Positions 1-14,054 of a DNA stretch of 64,000 nucleotides are shown here, in pieces. Every line of letters starts with the position of its first letter. The first letter of the stretch is position 1. The position numbers were made by a program, and so were the translations under genes. The stretch is from Candidatus Methanomethylicia archaeon (GTDB lineage Archaea > Thermoproteota > Methanomethylicia > Culexarchaeales > Culexarchaeaceae): positions 64,001 through 128,000 of the forward strand of contig JAVYVS010000003.1 of assembly GCA_038727515.1 (NCBI GenBank), written 5' to 3'. A model generated the notes under the pieces. The model did no database searches. It was not told where the DNA came from and saw only the letters and a program-made list of their open reading frames with translations.

Positions 1-135
1 CTTAAAGCTGCAGTAAAGGAAATTCTGGGTACTTGTGTTAGTATGGGTGTCACCGTGGAAGGTAAAGATCCAAGAATTGTACAACGTGAAATAGATGAAG
101 GTAAATATGATGAAATACTAAGAGAGGAGAGTTAA
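1..135 (+). CDS. rpl11: 50S ribosomal protein L11 (uL11), 3' end, partial
   Basis: Frame 1 reads [37 protein letters not shown], the archaeal L11 C-terminus; directly upstream of L1. Confidence 0.95.
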   Translation, partial: LKAAVKEILGTCVSMGVTVEGKDPRIVQREIDEGKYDEILREES

Positions 136-783
136 ATGTCATCCTTAGAAGATAATTTAAAAAGAGCCCTTGAAGAAGCAAAAAATACTTCTAAAAAGAG
201 GAATTTTGTACAGTCAGTTGAACTCATAATAAATTTAAAAGATATAGACTTAAAGAGACCAGAAAATAGGATAAATGAAAAGGTTATACTTCCACATCCA
301 GTAGGTAAACCTGTTAAAATATGCGTATTTGGAGATGGAGAATTTGCAGTAAGAGCGAAGGATATGGGAGTACAAACAATAATAAGCAGAGATATGTTAG
401 ATAAAATAGCTTCAAATAAAAAGGAAATTAGAAAACTTGCAGAAACCCATGACATATTTATAGCAAGAGCAGATTATATGCCGATTATAGGTAGACAATT
501 GGGATCTATACTTGGGCCAAGAAATAAAATGCCAGAACCAATACCACCCACAGGAGATTTATCTTCCATATTAAGTAAAGCTCAGAATACTATTTGGATT
601 AGAATGAGAAATCAACCAGTAGTACAATGTATCATTGGAAAAGAAGATATGCCGACAGAAAGACTTCTGGAAAATGCATTAACTGTGATCTCAAGGATAA
701 GGGAAAAGTTTAAGAGCTTAAAAAACATCGAATCCATATACGTAAAGACCACCATGGGTAAACCAGTGAAAGTTAATTTATGA
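136..783 (+). CDS. rpl1: 50S ribosomal protein L1 (uL1)
   Basis: KRNFVQSVELIINLK, LGPRNKMP and KTTMG motifs; L11-L1-L10-L12 order. Confidence 0.97.
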   Translation: MSSLEDNLKRALEEAKNTSKKRNFVQSVELIINLKDIDLKRPENRINEKVILPHPVGKPVKICVFGDGEFAVRAKDMGVQTIISRDMLDKIASNKKEIRKLAETHDIFIARADYMPIIGRQLGSILGPRNKMPEPIPPTGDLSSILSKAQNTIWIRMRNQPVVQCIIGKEDMPTERLLENALTVISRIREKFKSLKNIESIYVKTTMGKPVKVNL

Positions 784-793
784 GGTGATATAA

Positions 794-1816
794 ATGCTTA
801 AAACATCTATAAAAAAGCAGCCTAAAAGTGTAAGGAAACAAAGAATCTTAGAAGAACTTATTCAATTAATACGTTCAAATGAGATTTTAGCTATAGCATC
901 AATAAGGGGGTTAAGAACTCAACAATTACAAGAAATAAGAAAGATATTGAGAGAAAGAGGTATACATTTAAAGATAGCGAAAAACAGCCTATTTAAAAAA
1001 GCCCTTGAAAAGTGTGAAAAGAAATTAGAAAATATAGAAAAACTAGAAGCGCAATTAAGTGATCAAAATGCATTCATATTTCTGAATGAAAATCCATTTA
1101 CAATTATAACGTTACTAGAAAAGAATAAGGTATATACAGAAGCAAAAGCAGGGGATATAGCACAAAATGATATAATTGTACCTGCTGGAAATACAGGGAT
1201 GACCCCCGGCCCAATAATAAGCAAATTGAATGCACTTAAGATCCCAATAAAAATTGAAGAAGGATCGATATGGATAACAAAGGATACGGTGGTGGCAAAA
1301 ATTGGAGATGTAATAAGTCAAGACTTAGCAGATATACTAAAAAGATTAAACATAAAACCTATTGAGGTAAAACTGAAACTTAAATCAATATACTATAAAG
1401 GGAGGGTGCTAACCGGGGAAGAATTAAAGTTAAACATAGAAGAATACCGTACAAGTATAATTAATGCAGTAAGAAGTGCTTTTAAATTATCTATAGAGGC
1501 AGTTATACCTACACATGAAACTATGCAACTAATAATTATGAAAGCAACTAAAATAGCGAATAAAATTGCTGAAGAAACTGTAATACCAATCCCAGAGTTA
1601 ATGCCAAAAGCAATTGCATCTGCAAACACTAAAGCAATAATCTTAGCACAAAAACTTATGCAAATAAACCCTGATATTAAAATAGAAGGCATACAGAGTG
1701 CTACAGTTGCATCATCTACTGAGACGAAGACGAAAGAAGAAAAGAAGAAGGAAGAAAAGAAGAAGGAAGAAGAAGAGGAAGAAGTTGCAGAAGGATTAGC
1801 ATCACTCTTCGGATAA
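794..1816 (+). CDS. rpl10: 50S ribosomal protein L10 (acidic stalk protein P0)
   Basis: PAGNTGMTPGP motif; acidic tail ending GLASLFG; SD GAGGTGA. Confidence 0.97.
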   Translation: MLKTSIKKQPKSVRKQRILEELIQLIRSNEILAIASIRGLRTQQLQEIRKILRERGIHLKIAKNSLFKKALEKCEKKLENIEKLEAQLSDQNAFIFLNENPFTIITLLEKNKVYTEAKAGDIAQNDIIVPAGNTGMTPGPIISKLNALKIPIKIEEGSIWITKDTVVAKIGDVISQDLADILKRLNIKPIEVKLKLKSIYYKGRVLTGEELKLNIEEYRTSIINAVRSAFKLSIEAVIPTHETMQLIIMKATKIANKIAEETVIPIPELMPKAIASANTKAIILAQKLMQINPDIKIEGIQSATVASSTETKTKEEKKKEEKKKEEEEEEVAEGLASLFG

Positions 1817-1835
1817 ACAATCTTTAAATATACGT
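1700..1835 (+). repeat. 136-bp perfect direct repeat, copy 1 (P0 3' end and downstream sequence)
   Basis: Base-by-base identical to 2077-2212. Confidence 0.95.
1823..1832 (+). promoter_or_regulatory. Putative TATA box for rpl12
   Basis: TTTAAATATA about 30 nt upstream of the SD GGAGGTGA (1860-1867). Confidence 0.5.
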
Positions 1836-1872
1836 TATTACAACTTTAATCACAAAATTGGAGGTGATTTTT

Positions 1873-2193
1873 ATAGAGTACATATATGCAAGCCTCCTAC
1901 TACATTACGCTAAGAAGCCAATTGAAGAAAGTAGATTAAGAAAGATTTTAGAAGCAGCTGGAATTGAAATTGATGAGATAAAGTTGAAAGCAGTAACAAC
2001 AGCAATAAAAGAGATAAATATAGATGAAGCTATAAGCGCAGCATCAATTGCAGCCCCAATGGTAGCGATGCCAGCGGCTACAGTTGCATCATCTACTGAG
2101 ACGAAGACGAAAGAAGAAAAGAAGAAGGAAGAAAAGAAGAAGGAAGAAGAAGAGGAAGAAGTTGCAGAAGGATTAGCATCACTCTTCGGATAA
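1873..2193 (+). CDS. rpl12: 50S ribosomal protein L12 (stalk protein P1), probable ATA start
   Basis: (M)EYIYASLLLH matches the archaeal P1 N-terminus; GGAGGTGA lies 5 nt before ATA 1873; the ORF track starts at TTG 1858. Confidence 0.95.
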   Translation: MEYIYASLLLHYAKKPIEESRLRKILEAAGIEIDEIKLKAVTTAIKEINIDEAISAASIAAPMVAMPAATVASSTETKTKEEKKKEEKKKEEEEEEVAEGLASLFG

Positions 2194-2212
2194 ACAATCT
2201 TTAAATATACGT
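2077..2212 (+). repeat. 136-bp perfect direct repeat, copy 2 (P1 3' end and downstream sequence)
   Basis: Identical to 1700-1835. Confidence 0.95.
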
Positions 2213-2295
2213 AGACTATAGTTTAATTTTGCTAAACTTTATATTATATAGCTCAAAATAGGCATTATCTGATATTAGGAGCGGTGGTAAAATAA

Positions 2296-4980
2296 ATGAT
2301 TAATGAAAAGGAGTATGAAACCTTATTTTTCACTCAAAATTCATTTCATAGGAAAATCTGTGCAAAATGTGGAAAAACATTTTGGACATTAAATCCACTA
2401 CGTGAAACATGTGGAGAGGCTCCCTGTGAACCATATGAATTTTTGATGAATCCTATAATGAAATATTATAGTTCAATAGATGAATTAAGAAATAACTTTC
2501 TACTATTCTTTAAGAGGAATGGGCATGAAATCATAAATCCCTACCCAGTTGTGGCTAGATGGAGGGATGATATATATTTAACAATAGCAAGCATAGCGGT
2601 TTTTCAACCATTTGTAACGAGTGGAGAATCAGATCCCCCTGCAAATCCATTGGTAATCTCACAACCATGTATAAGATTAGTTGACATAGATGAAGTGGGA
2701 AAAAGCATGAAACATTTAACAATATTTGAAATGGCTGCTCATCACGCCTTTAACTATCCAAATAAGGAAATTTATTGGAAAGATAAGACCGTTGAACTAT
2801 GCCATAATTTTATGACAGAAGTTATGGGGGTAGACCCTAAAGAGATAACGTATAAAGAAAGTTGGTGGGAGGGAGGGGGAAATGCAGGTCCATGCTTCGA
2901 AGTTTGTATAGGAGGTTTAGAGGTAGCTACACTGGTATTTATGATGTATAAAGTAGTTAATGGAGGATATAAACTAATGCCTCTTAAAATAGTTGACACT
3001 GGATATGGATTAGAAAGAATTTTGTGGGAATCCCAAGCTAAACCTACAATTTTCCATTCAATATATGACCCCATTTTAAACAAAATTCTTAATGAAGAAG
3101 AAATATATATTCAAGAAAAGAATTTAAGAGATCACGTATATAAGAGTTCAATTCATCCAGAGGAATTATTAGTAGATGACGATCTAAATAGGATTCAAAA
3201 TATCTTTGCATTGCTAGATTATACAAAATGTTTAACATTTATGTTAGCAGATGGACTTGTACCATCAAACTCCGGTGGAGGGTATCTAGCAAGACTACTC
3301 ATAAGAAGAATAATTAGGTTAATAAACCAAGTTAAAATAGACTTTTCATTAATAGATCTAATTAAGCTTCAAATAAACTATTGGGGGAAAGCATTTCCAC
3401 ATATACTAAAAATGGAGAGAGAAATCTATAATATACTCAAAGAGGAAGAGGAACGCTATGTAACTACTTTAAAACGTGGAGAGAGAATTATAAAGAATAT
3501 TATAGAGGAAACTATTAGAAGGGGAGATAGAATAATCCCAGTAGCAAAGCTCATAGAACTTTATGATTCCCATGGAATACCCCCAGAAATCACTAAAGAA
3601 ATAGCTGAAAGAGATAATGTGAAGGTGGAAATACCCAGTAACTTCTACTCAGAATTAATGAAGAGGCATTTAAATATAGAAAGGAAGCATGAAGAAGCAT
3701 TTCAAAAGATAAGCGTTGAAGAATATCCTCCCACAAGAAAGATATACTATGAAGATGCTTACAAATTTAGATTTGAAGCAGAAGTGCTTGGAGTAATAGA
3801 TAATTATGTAATATTGGATTCAACAGCATTCTATCCAGAGGGAGGGGGGCAGCCTTGCGATCATGGAGTAATATTATGGGAAGACAAAGAAGCTAAAGTT
3901 ATAGATGTACAAAAAATTGGAGAAGTTATTGTTCATAAAATTGATGGAGAGAAGCCACCAATTGGGAGAAGAGTTATGGGCATAGTGGATGTTGAGAGAA
4001 GATTATCACTTATGAGAAGTCATACAGCAACACATCTATTATTGGCTGCAGCAATAGATGTATTAGGTAAACATGTATGGCAAAGTGGCGCACAAAAAGA
4101 TGTATTCAAAAACCGCTTGGACATAACACATTATAAACCATTAACAATAGAAGAAATTAAAAAAATAGAAGAAAAAGTCAATACATATGTATTAAGTAAC
4201 ATTGATGTAAAGATTTATGAAATGCCGAGAGCAAAAGCTGAAGGTACTTATGGTATAAGGATTTATCAGGGTGGAGTAGTCCCTGGAAAAAATGTTAGAT
4301 TAGTTAATATTGGAGATATTAATGTTCAGGCATGCGGGGGATTACATGTTAATAAGACTGGAGAAATAGGACTTATAAAAATATTAAAGACCAGTAGAAT
4401 TCAGGATGGTGTAATAAGAATAGAATTTACATGTGGATTATCATCATTAAGGTATATACAAAATAAAGAGGAAATATTAATGGAAGCCGCTAAGATTTTA
4501 AATTCTCAAGAAGAAAATTTGATAAAGAATATTGGTAAAATCAAAGAAGAAATAGAAAAATACAAAATCGAAAATAAACAACTTTGGAGAAAATACTTAA
4601 CTAAACTAGTGAATGAAATAATCCAGCAACCAAAAATAACTTATAGTGATATAAAGGTATACATACCTGAATTTGATGAATTAACGCGGGAACAAATGAT
4701 AGAAATTGGAGGAGAAATATTAAAGAAGCATATGGAAGCAATAGTAATAGTTGTAAACAAAAAGGCGGAAGCAATTGAATATGTGGTTATGTTAAATGAT
4801 GAAATATCAAAAAGAGGATTTGACTCTTCAGCAATAGCTAAAATAATAGCTGAAAAACTTGAGGGTAAAAGTGGAGGAGAGAAAACTATAGCACAAGGAT
4901 TTGGCAGAAAAATAGACAATGAAATTTTCCAATCTATAATATGTGAAGTGAGAAATTACGTAATTAATAAATTGAAATGA
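2296..4980 (+). CDS. alaS: Alanine--tRNA ligase
   Basis: Archaeal N-terminal Cys-rich segment, VDTGYGLER, editing motifs HTATH and CGGLH. Confidence 0.97.
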   Translation: MINEKEYETLFFTQNSFHRKICAKCGKTFWTLNPLRETCGEAPCEPYEFLMNPIMKYYSSIDELRNNFLLFFKRNGHEIINPYPVVARWRDDIYLTIASIAVFQPFVTSGESDPPANPLVISQPCIRLVDIDEVGKSMKHLTIFEMAAHHAFNYPNKEIYWKDKTVELCHNFMTEVMGVDPKEITYKESWWEGGGNAGPCFEVCIGGLEVATLVFMMYKVVNGGYKLMPLKIVDTGYGLERILWESQAKPTIFHSIYDPILNKILNEEEIYIQEKNLRDHVYKSSIHPEELLVDDDLNRIQNIFALLDYTKCLTFMLADGLVPSNSGGGYLARLLIRRIIRLINQVKIDFSLIDLIKLQINYWGKAFPHILKMEREIYNILKEEEERYVTTLKRGERIIKNIIEETIRRGDRIIPVAKLIELYDSHGIPPEITKEIAERDNVKVEIPSNFYSELMKRHLNIERKHEEAFQKISVEEYPPTRKIYYEDAYKFRFEAEVLGVIDNYVILDSTAFYPEGGGQPCDHGVILWEDKEAKVIDVQKIGEVIVHKIDGEKPPIGRRVMGIVDVERRLSLMRSHTATHLLLAAAIDVLGKHVWQSGAQKDVFKNRLDITHYKPLTIEEIKKIEEKVNTYVLSNIDVKIYEMPRAKAEGTYGIRIYQGGVVPGKNVRLVNIGDINVQACGGLHVNKTGEIGLIKILKTSRIQDGVIRIEFTCGLSSLRYIQNKEEILMEAAKILNSQEENLIKNIGKIKEEIEKYKIENKQLWRKYLTKLVNEIIQQPKITYSDIKVYIPEFDELTREQMIEIGGEILKKHMEAIVIVVNKKAEAIEYVVMLNDEISKRGFDSSAIAKIIAEKLEGKSGGEKTIAQGFGRKIDNEIFQSIICEVRNYVINKLK

Positions 4981-5648
4981 TGAGTATAAATTTAGAAGCA
5001 TTAAGAGAAGCAGTAAAGGATATGAGATATCTATTGAATAGAGGATACAATCGAAAAACAGCTGCAGACTATATTGCTTCAAGATATAAATTGAGTAAAG
5101 AAGAGAGAGCAATAATCTTCAGAGCAGTGTACCCAGAGCAACAAGTTCAAAATATATTAAAAAAATTACTAAGTCCAAAGGACATAATTGGAGAGAGATT
5201 ATTAATAGATGGATTTAATAATATAATAACGTTAGAAAGCGCTCTAAAGGGACATATATTATTGATGTGTGACGATGGAGTTATACGTGATATATCCTAT
5301 ACATCCAGGAAATTTAAGTTTTCACTATACACGGAAGATTCGATAAAAATGATTTTTGAATTATTAAAGGTGTATAGACCAGCTGAAGTTATATTCTTAT
5401 TTGACCAGCAAATTAGCTTTAGTGGGGAATTAGCGTCTATTATTAGAGATATAATTGAAAAGGAAAATTTAGTTGGTTATGCAAAAACATCAAAAAGAAA
5501 TGATAAAGAAATTTTATCAATCGGTGAAATTATAGCCTCAAGCGACTCCATAATAATGGAAAAAGCTAGAAAAATATTTGATCTTGCAGGTTACATAATT
5601 AAATCTAAATTTAAAGATAAAATACTTGATATAACTTCATTTAAATAA
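4977..5648 (+). CDS. DUF434-domain protein
   Basis: LREAVKDMRYLLNRGY N-terminus, IDGFN and DDGVIRD motifs. Confidence 0.8.
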   Translation: MMSINLEALREAVKDMRYLLNRGYNRKTAADYIASRYKLSKEERAIIFRAVYPEQQVQNILKKLLSPKDIIGERLLIDGFNNIITLESALKGHILLMCDDGVIRDISYTSRKFKFSLYTEDSIKMIFELLKVYRPAEVIFLFDQQISFSGELASIIRDIIEKENLVGYAKTSKRNDKEILSIGEIIASSDSIIMEKARKIFDLAGYIIKSKFKDKILDITSFK

Positions 5649-5653
5649 TTTAA

Positions 5654-5728
5654 CGGGCCCGCCGGGATTTGAACCCGGGACTTCTGGCTCCGAAGGCCAG
5701 CGCTCTATCCAAACTGAGCTACGGGCCC
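5654..5728 (-). tRNA. tRNA-Arg(TCG)
   Basis: Cloverleaf GGGCCCG...CTGGC-CT-TCG-GA-GCCAG...GGTTCAAATCC; CCA not encoded. Confidence 0.96.
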
Positions 5729-5824
5729 GAAGATATATTGAACATGTCAACCATAAATTTATTCTCTCATCTTCAATGCGCAAAAAATATAAAAACAAAT
5801 TGTATTTTAGTAATGAAATCAAAA

Positions 5825-5902
5825 GCCCAGGTGGTGTAGCCCGGTCTAACATCCGAGCCTGTCGAGCTCGGGCCCCGGGTTCAAATCCCGGCCTGGGCGC
5901 CA
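5825..5902 (+). tRNA. tRNA-Asp(GTC)
   Basis: GCCCAGG acceptor stem; CGAGC-CT-GTC-GA-GCTCG; CCA encoded. Confidence 0.96.
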
Positions 5903-5977
5903 TTTAAAGTACATCTTATTATCGTAATTTTTTAATATTTATTATACATGAAAATTATAGGTAGTTTTTTGAATATA

Positions 5978-6052
5978 GGGCCCGTAGCTCAGCCAGGACA
6001 GAGCAGTGGGCTTTTAACCCATTGGTCGCGGGTTCAAATCCCGCCGGGCCCG
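5978..6052 (+). tRNA. tRNA-Lys(TTT)
   Basis: GTGGG-CT-TTT-AA-CCCAT anticodon arm; canonical T-loop. Confidence 0.96.
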
Positions 6053-6241
6053 TCAAACAAAAGTTTCTAATGAGATCCTAAGTTTAATTGTAAAATTCTA
6101 TTAACATTGAAGTTTTAAAGAAAAACTTTAATAATTGGTTTAATGGTGTTTTGATGAGAGTAATGAAAAGCGAAATATTTATTGGTAAGTATTTACGCTT
6201 AACTTTTTTGACTTAATCTTATATATAATTTGGTGATATGA

Positions 6242-6484
6242 ATGAGTAAGAAATTTTCAATTTTTGATCATGTTCTTGTACCACAACATATATTATTAAG
6301 CAAGAAGGAAGCTGAAGAAGTTTTAAAACAGCTTGGAGTTGAACCTCATCAATTACCATATATAAGGGTGAACGACCCTGCTGCAAGAGCCTTAGGTGCA
6401 AAGAGGGGAGATATAATAAAGATAATTAGGAAGAGTCCTACAGCAGGAATTTCAATTGCATATAGATATGTTGTTCCAGGTTAA
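6242..6484 (+). CDS. rpoH: RNA polymerase subunit H (Rpo5)
   Basis: HVLVPQH, QLPYI and RKSPTAG motifs. Confidence 0.97.
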   Translation: MSKKFSIFDHVLVPQHILLSKKEAEEVLKQLGVEPHQLPYIRVNDPAARALGAKRGDIIKIIRKSPTAGISIAYRYVVPG

Positions 6485-6497
6485 TGGGTGGTGGAAT

Positions 6498-9400
6498 TTG
6501 AATAAATCTATGAATACAAATGGATGGATATTAATAGAATCCTTCTTTAAGGAGAAGGGGCTTGTTAGACAACACTTAGATTCTTTTAATGATTTTATAA
6601 CTAGGGGTTTACAACAAATAGTGGATGAACAAGGTGAAATAGAAACAAGTATACCTGGATTAAAGGTAAGGTTAAGGGAAATTGAAGTAGGTGAACCTAC
6701 AGTTCTTGAAGCTGATGGTTCAGAAGAGAAGATATATCCAATGGATGCTAGACTTAGGAATTTAACGTATGCAGCATCAATACATTTAACAATGATACCA
6801 GTTGAAGATAATATTGAGGGGGAGCGAGTTAAAGTTTTTATAGGTAGACTTCCAATAATGGTTAAATCAGTTAAATGTAGATTGCATGGTTTAAGTACAG
6901 AAGAGCTTATTGCAGCTGGAGAAGACCCTGATGATCCAGGCGGATATTTCATAATCAATGGTTCTGAAAGAGTATTGGTTGCTCAAGAAGATCTTGTGAC
7001 AAATAGGATTCTTGTAGATGTGGGAAGAGCTGGATCTTCAGCTACCCATACTGCAAAAGTTTTCTCAACTGCAGCTGGATATAGAGTTCCAGTAACACTT
7101 ACAAGATCTAAGGATGGCACTCTACACGTATCATTTCCATCAGTCCCTGGTAAAATCCCACTATGTATATTAATGAAGGCACTAGGATTGAAAACGGATA
7201 AGGAAATTGTGGAAACAGTTTCTGAAGATCCTGAAATACAACAATTGATGATGCCATCACTAGATCAAGCTTCAGCTGTAACAACTGTTGAAAATGCATT
7301 GGATTATATTGGGAATAGGGTTGCAATAGGTCAAACTAGAGAATACCGTATACAAAGGGCTCAACAAATACTTGATAAATACTTCCTACCACATCTTGGA
7401 ACAGACTATAGAAGTAGAAAGAAGAAGGCTTTATTCCTCGGTCAAATGGCTGAAAAACTACTAGAATTAGTATTGAATAGACGTAAACCTGATGACAAAG
7501 ATCACTATGCAAATAAACGTTTAAAACTTGCCGGAGACTTATTAATGAGCTTGTTTAGAGTAGCCTTCAAAAACCTATGTAGAGATATAAAATATCAATT
7601 GGAACGCGCGAAGAGTAGAGGTAGAAGGATAAACATAGTAAATCTAGTTAGAGCAGATATAATTACTGAAAGATTAAGACATGCAATAGCTACTGGAAAT
7701 TGGGTTGGAGGAAAAGTTGGTGTAAGTCAACTTTTAGATAGAACAAACTATATGTCAACTCTAAGTCACTTAAGAAGAGTAGTATCACCTTTAAGTAGAA
7801 GTCAACCACATTTTGAAGCTAGAGATTTACATTCTACACAATGGGGAAGATTATGCCCTACAGAAACACCAGAAGGACCAAATTGCGGGCTTGTAAAGAA
7901 CTTAGCATTAATGGCATTAGTATCAGTAGGTACAGATGAAGAAAGTATAGAGAGGAAGTTAATACATCAATTAGAAGTAATACCAATAGAAATTGCTAGA
8001 CGTGAGAAAATTGCGGGAGCAAAAGTATTCTTAAATGGTCGTTTAATAGGGAAACATAATAACCCAGAAGTTTTATGTAATGAATTTAGAAAGCTCCGTA
8101 GATTAGGAAAGATACATCATGAAGCAAGCATTGCACATTATAAAAGTGAGTACATAAATGAAGTATATATAAATTGTGATTCAGGTAGGGTAATGCGACC
8201 ACTAATAGTAGTTGAAGATGGTAAACCAAAACTTACAGATGAAATCATAAACAAGCTAAAGAAGGGTGAATATACCTGGAGCGATCTAGTTAAAAATGGA
8301 ATAATAGAATACTTAGATGCAGAAGAAGAGGAAAACGCGTACATAGCTATAAATCAAGAATCACTTACAAAAGAACATACACATATGGAAATAGCGCCCT
8401 TCATAATTCTTGGAATATGTGCATCAATAATTCCATATGCAGAACACAATCAATCACCAAGAAACTCTTATGAAGCAGCAATGGCAAAACAATCTCTAGG
8501 ATTGTACTCCATAAATGCACAAATAAGAATGGATTCAAGAGCCCATCTACTACATTATATTCAAAAACCAATAGTAACGACAAAAGCTAGTAAAATAGTT
8601 AAATACGAAGACCGCCCAGCGGGACAAAACCTTATAGTTGCAGTATTAACGTACTCTGGCTATAACATTGAAGATGCAATAATAATAAATAAATCGGCTG
8701 TAGAAAGAGGACTTGGACACTCAACCTTCTTTAAATGTTATGAAATAAGTGAGAAAAGATATCCTGGAGGCGAAGTAGATAGGATAGAAGTACCAGATCC
8801 TTCAGTAAGAGGATATAGAGTTGCAGATGCATATAGATTATTGGATGATGATGGAATAATAGAAACAGAAGTGGAGGTTAAAGGAGAAGTAGTATTGGTT
8901 GGTAGAACCAGCCCCCCAAGATTTTTAGAAGAACCTACTGGAATGAGAATAGAAGAAAGAGCTAGAAGAGAAACATCCCTAACATTAGCGCATGGAGAAG
9001 AAGGAGTTGTTGATAAAATACTACTCACAAAAACATCAGAAGGAGATAGACTGGTGAAAGTTAGAATAAGAGAGAATAGAATACCAGAAATAGGAGATAA
9101 ATTTGCATCAAGACATGGTCAAAAGGGAGTTATAGGACTCCTAGTACCACAAGAAGATATGCCATTTACAGAAGATGGAATAGTACCAGACCTAATAATA
9201 AATCCTCATGCATTTCCATCACGAATGACATTAGGACAATTAATTGAAAGTATAGCTGGAAAGGTTGGGGCATTAGAAGGAAGATTTATCGATGGAACAC
9301 CATTTGAAGGTGAAAAAGAAGAAGATTTAAAGGAAGCATTAAAGAAACTTGGATTTAAACCAAATGGCTGCGAAATAATGTATGATGGAAGAACAGGCCA

Positions 9401-9827
9401 AATGCTTCAAGCAGAAGTATTTATCGGTGTAACATACTATCAAAAGCTACATCACATGGTTTCAGATAAGATGCATGCACGTGCAAGAGGACCCGTACAA
9501 ATATTAACTAGACAGCCCACTGAGGGAAGAGCTAGAGAGGGAGGATTAAGATTTGGAGAAATGGAGAGAGACTGTTTAATAAGTCATGGAGCATCAATGT
9601 TATTAAAAGAAAGATTATTAGATGAATCAGATAGAATGGTTGCATACGTATGTGAAAATTGTGGAACAATAGCATATTATGATGTTAATAAAAAGGAATA
9701 TGTTTGTAGAATATGTGAAGGAAAAGCAAAAATATCTCCAGTAGTAATATCATATGCCTTTAAACTTTTATTACAAGAATTAATGAGTTTAACCATTATG
9801 CCAAGAATAATTTTGGAGGAAGTCTAA
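6498..9827 (+). CDS. rpoB: RNA polymerase subunit B (Rpo2, unsplit)
   Basis: [12 protein letters not shown] and [11 protein letters not shown] motifs; likely start TTG 6498 or ATG 6510 after GGTGGTGG. Confidence 0.97.
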   Translation: MNKSMNTNGWILIESFFKEKGLVRQHLDSFNDFITRGLQQIVDEQGEIETSIPGLKVRLREIEVGEPTVLEADGSEEKIYPMDARLRNLTYAASIHLTMIPVEDNIEGERVKVFIGRLPIMVKSVKCRLHGLSTEELIAAGEDPDDPGGYFIINGSERVLVAQEDLVTNRILVDVGRAGSSATHTAKVFSTAAGYRVPVTLTRSKDGTLHVSFPSVPGKIPLCILMKALGLKTDKEIVETVSEDPEIQQLMMPSLDQASAVTTVENALDYIGNRVAIGQTREYRIQRAQQILDKYFLPHLGTDYRSRKKKALFLGQMAEKLLELVLNRRKPDDKDHYANKRLKLAGDLLMSLFRVAFKNLCRDIKYQLERAKSRGRRINIVNLVRADIITERLRHAIATGNWVGGKVGVSQLLDRTNYMSTLSHLRRVVSPLSRSQPHFEARDLHSTQWGRLCPTETPEGPNCGLVKNLALMALVSVGTDEESIERKLIHQLEVIPIEIARREKIAGAKVFLNGRLIGKHNNPEVLCNEFRKLRRLGKIHHEASIAHYKSEYINEVYINCDSGRVMRPLIVVEDGKPKLTDEIINKLKKGEYTWSDLVKNGIIEYLDAEEEENAYIAINQESLTKEHTHMEIAPFIILGICASIIPYAEHNQSPRNSYEAAMAKQSLGLYSINAQIRMDSRAHLLHYIQKPIVTTKASKIVKYEDRPAGQNLIVAVLTYSGYNIEDAIIINKSAVERGLGHSTFFKCYEISEKRYPGGEVDRIEVPDPSVRGYRVADAYRLLDDDGIIETEVEVKGEVVLVGRTSPPRFLEEPTGMRIEERARRETSLTLAHGEEGVVDKILLTKTSEGDRLVKVRIRENRIPEIGDKFASRHGQKGVIGLLVPQEDMPFTEDGIVPDLIINPHAFPSRMTLGQLIESIAGKVGALEGRFIDGTPFEGEKEEDLKEALKKLGFKPNGCEIMYDGRTGQMLQAEVFIGVTYYQKLHHMVSDKMHARARGPVQILTRQPTEGRAREGGLRFGEMERDCLISHGASMLLKERLLDESDRMVAYVCENCGTIAYYDVNKKEYVCRICEGKAKISPVVISYAFKLLLQELMSLTIMPRIILEEV

Positions 9828-9828
9828 A

Positions 9829-12486
<2,658 letters not shown>

Positions 12487-12487
12487 A

Positions 12488-13666
12488 ATGGAGTTTATGA
12501 CCAAAGAGGAAATAATTGGAGAAATAGATAAATTAAACAATATACTTCCACAATCAATAATTGAAGAATTAAAAAAGAAACTTTCCAACATCAAATTAAC
12601 AAAAGAGAAATTTGAGAAAATCATTGAAAAAGTAGTAGAAGAATATATTAATTCACTAGTTGAACCAGGAGATCCCGTGGGAGCTTTAGCAGCTCAATCA
12701 ATAGGAGAACCAAGCACACAAATGACTTTAAGAACATTTCACTATGCAGGAGTTAGAGAGTTTAACGTGACACTAGGTTTACCTAGATTAATAGAGATTC
12801 TAGATGCAAGAAGAATGCCATCAACACCAATGATGACAATATATCTAGATGAAGAACATAAATATGATGAAGAAAAAGCTAAAGAAATAGCTAGAGCCAT
12901 AGAAACAACATATATAGAAAATGTGATAAAGAATGTTGAAATAGATTTCATATCCGCATCAATAATTTTATTACTGGATCTAGAGGTCCTCAATGATAAA
13001 GGAATAAAAGTAGAAAATATCGTAAATGTTCTTGAAAAATTAAACCTTGGAGAAGTGGAAGTTAGAGATGAAGATAAAATCATAATACACACAAATATTT
13101 ATGAAATAAATAAACTACAGAAAATTAAAAACAGGATAATGAGCACCAAGATAAAGGGTATTAAGGGGATTAATCGTGTGATAATAAGAAGAGAGAAAAA
13201 TGAATACGTACTTTACACGGAGGGATCGAATCTCGCAGCAGTATTAAGGGTAAAGGGGGTTGACCCTACAAAAATATACACTAACAATCCATATGAAATA
13301 GCGGAAGTATTGGGAATAGAAGCTGCAAGAAATGCAATAATAAAAGAAGCGGTAGGGGTACTTGAAGAACAAGGTTTAGACGTAGATATAAGACACGTAA
13401 TGTTAGTTGCAGACATAATGACTGCTGATGGAAAAATAAGACAAATAGGTAGACACGGAGTAAGTGGAGAAAAACCAAGCGTATTAGCAAGAGCAGCCTT
13501 CGAAGTTACAATAAACCACCTATTGGAAGCAAGCATACGTGGTGAAGTAGATAGATTAATGGGAGTAACAGAAAACGTAATTGTAGGTCAAATAGTTCCA
13601 GTAGGTACAGGAATCGTACAAATGCTAATCACAATGAAAGATACAAAAAATGAAGAGAAAAGTTAA
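12488..13666 (+). CDS. rpoA2: RNA polymerase subunit A'' (Rpo1C)
   Basis: [17 protein letters not shown] motif. Confidence 0.98.
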   Translation: MEFMTKEEIIGEIDKLNNILPQSIIEELKKKLSNIKLTKEKFEKIIEKVVEEYINSLVEPGDPVGALAAQSIGEPSTQMTLRTFHYAGVREFNVTLGLPRLIEILDARRMPSTPMMTIYLDEEHKYDEEKAKEIARAIETTYIENVIKNVEIDFISASIILLLDLEVLNDKGIKVENIVNVLEKLNLGEVEVRDEDKIIIHTNIYEINKLQKIKNRIMSTKIKGIKGINRVIIRREKNEYVLYTEGSNLAAVLRVKGVDPTKIYTNNPYEIAEVLGIEAARNAIIKEAVGVLEEQGLDVDIRHVMLVADIMTADGKIRQIGRHGVSGEKPSVLARAAFEVTINHLLEASIRGEVDRLMGVTENVIVGQIVPVGTGIVQMLITMKDTKNEEKS

Positions 13667-13730
13667 AATTAGCCATTTGTTATATCATAAATAACATGTA
13701 ATATGCATGCAAAAGAGGGATGCTATGTAA

Positions 13731-14054
13731 ATGTCGCTTAAAATTGATCGAGAGTTACAAGTTGCAGCAAAAACGGGTAAAATTGTAATTGGTTCTAAAA
13801 GCGCAATTAAAAGAGCAAAAATTGGAGGAGCAAAAATGATAATAATTTCATCTACAATACCAGAGGATATAAAGGAAGATATAATTTACTATGCAAAACT
13901 CTCCAATATACCAGTAATAGAATTTCATGGATCAAGTTGGGATCTTGGAGCAATACTTGGAAAACCATTTATGGTATCAGCCGTATCAATAATTGATGAA
14001 GGAGAATCAGAATTACTAAAATTTGCGGAGAGTGATGTGAAATCCCGAGCATAA
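13731..14054 (+). CDS. rpl30e: 50S ribosomal protein L30e
   Basis: KTGKIVIGSK and LGKPFMVS motifs; conserved position after rpoA2. Confidence 0.96.
   Translation: MSLKIDRELQVAAKTGKIVIGSKSAIKRAKIGGAKMIIISSTIPEDIKEDIIYYAKLSNIPVIEFHGSSWDLGAILGKPFMVSAVSIIDEGESELLKFAESDVKSRA

Noticed and set aside
1721-1790. GAA/AAG low-complexity run resembling a tandem repeat
   Set aside because: It simply encodes the Glu/Lys hinge of P0 (and P1); not a CRISPR array or microsatellite. No CRISPR array was seen anywhere in the window
5637-5903. 88-aa minus-strand ORF
   Set aside because: It is a translation of the tRNA-Asp and tRNA-Arg sequences
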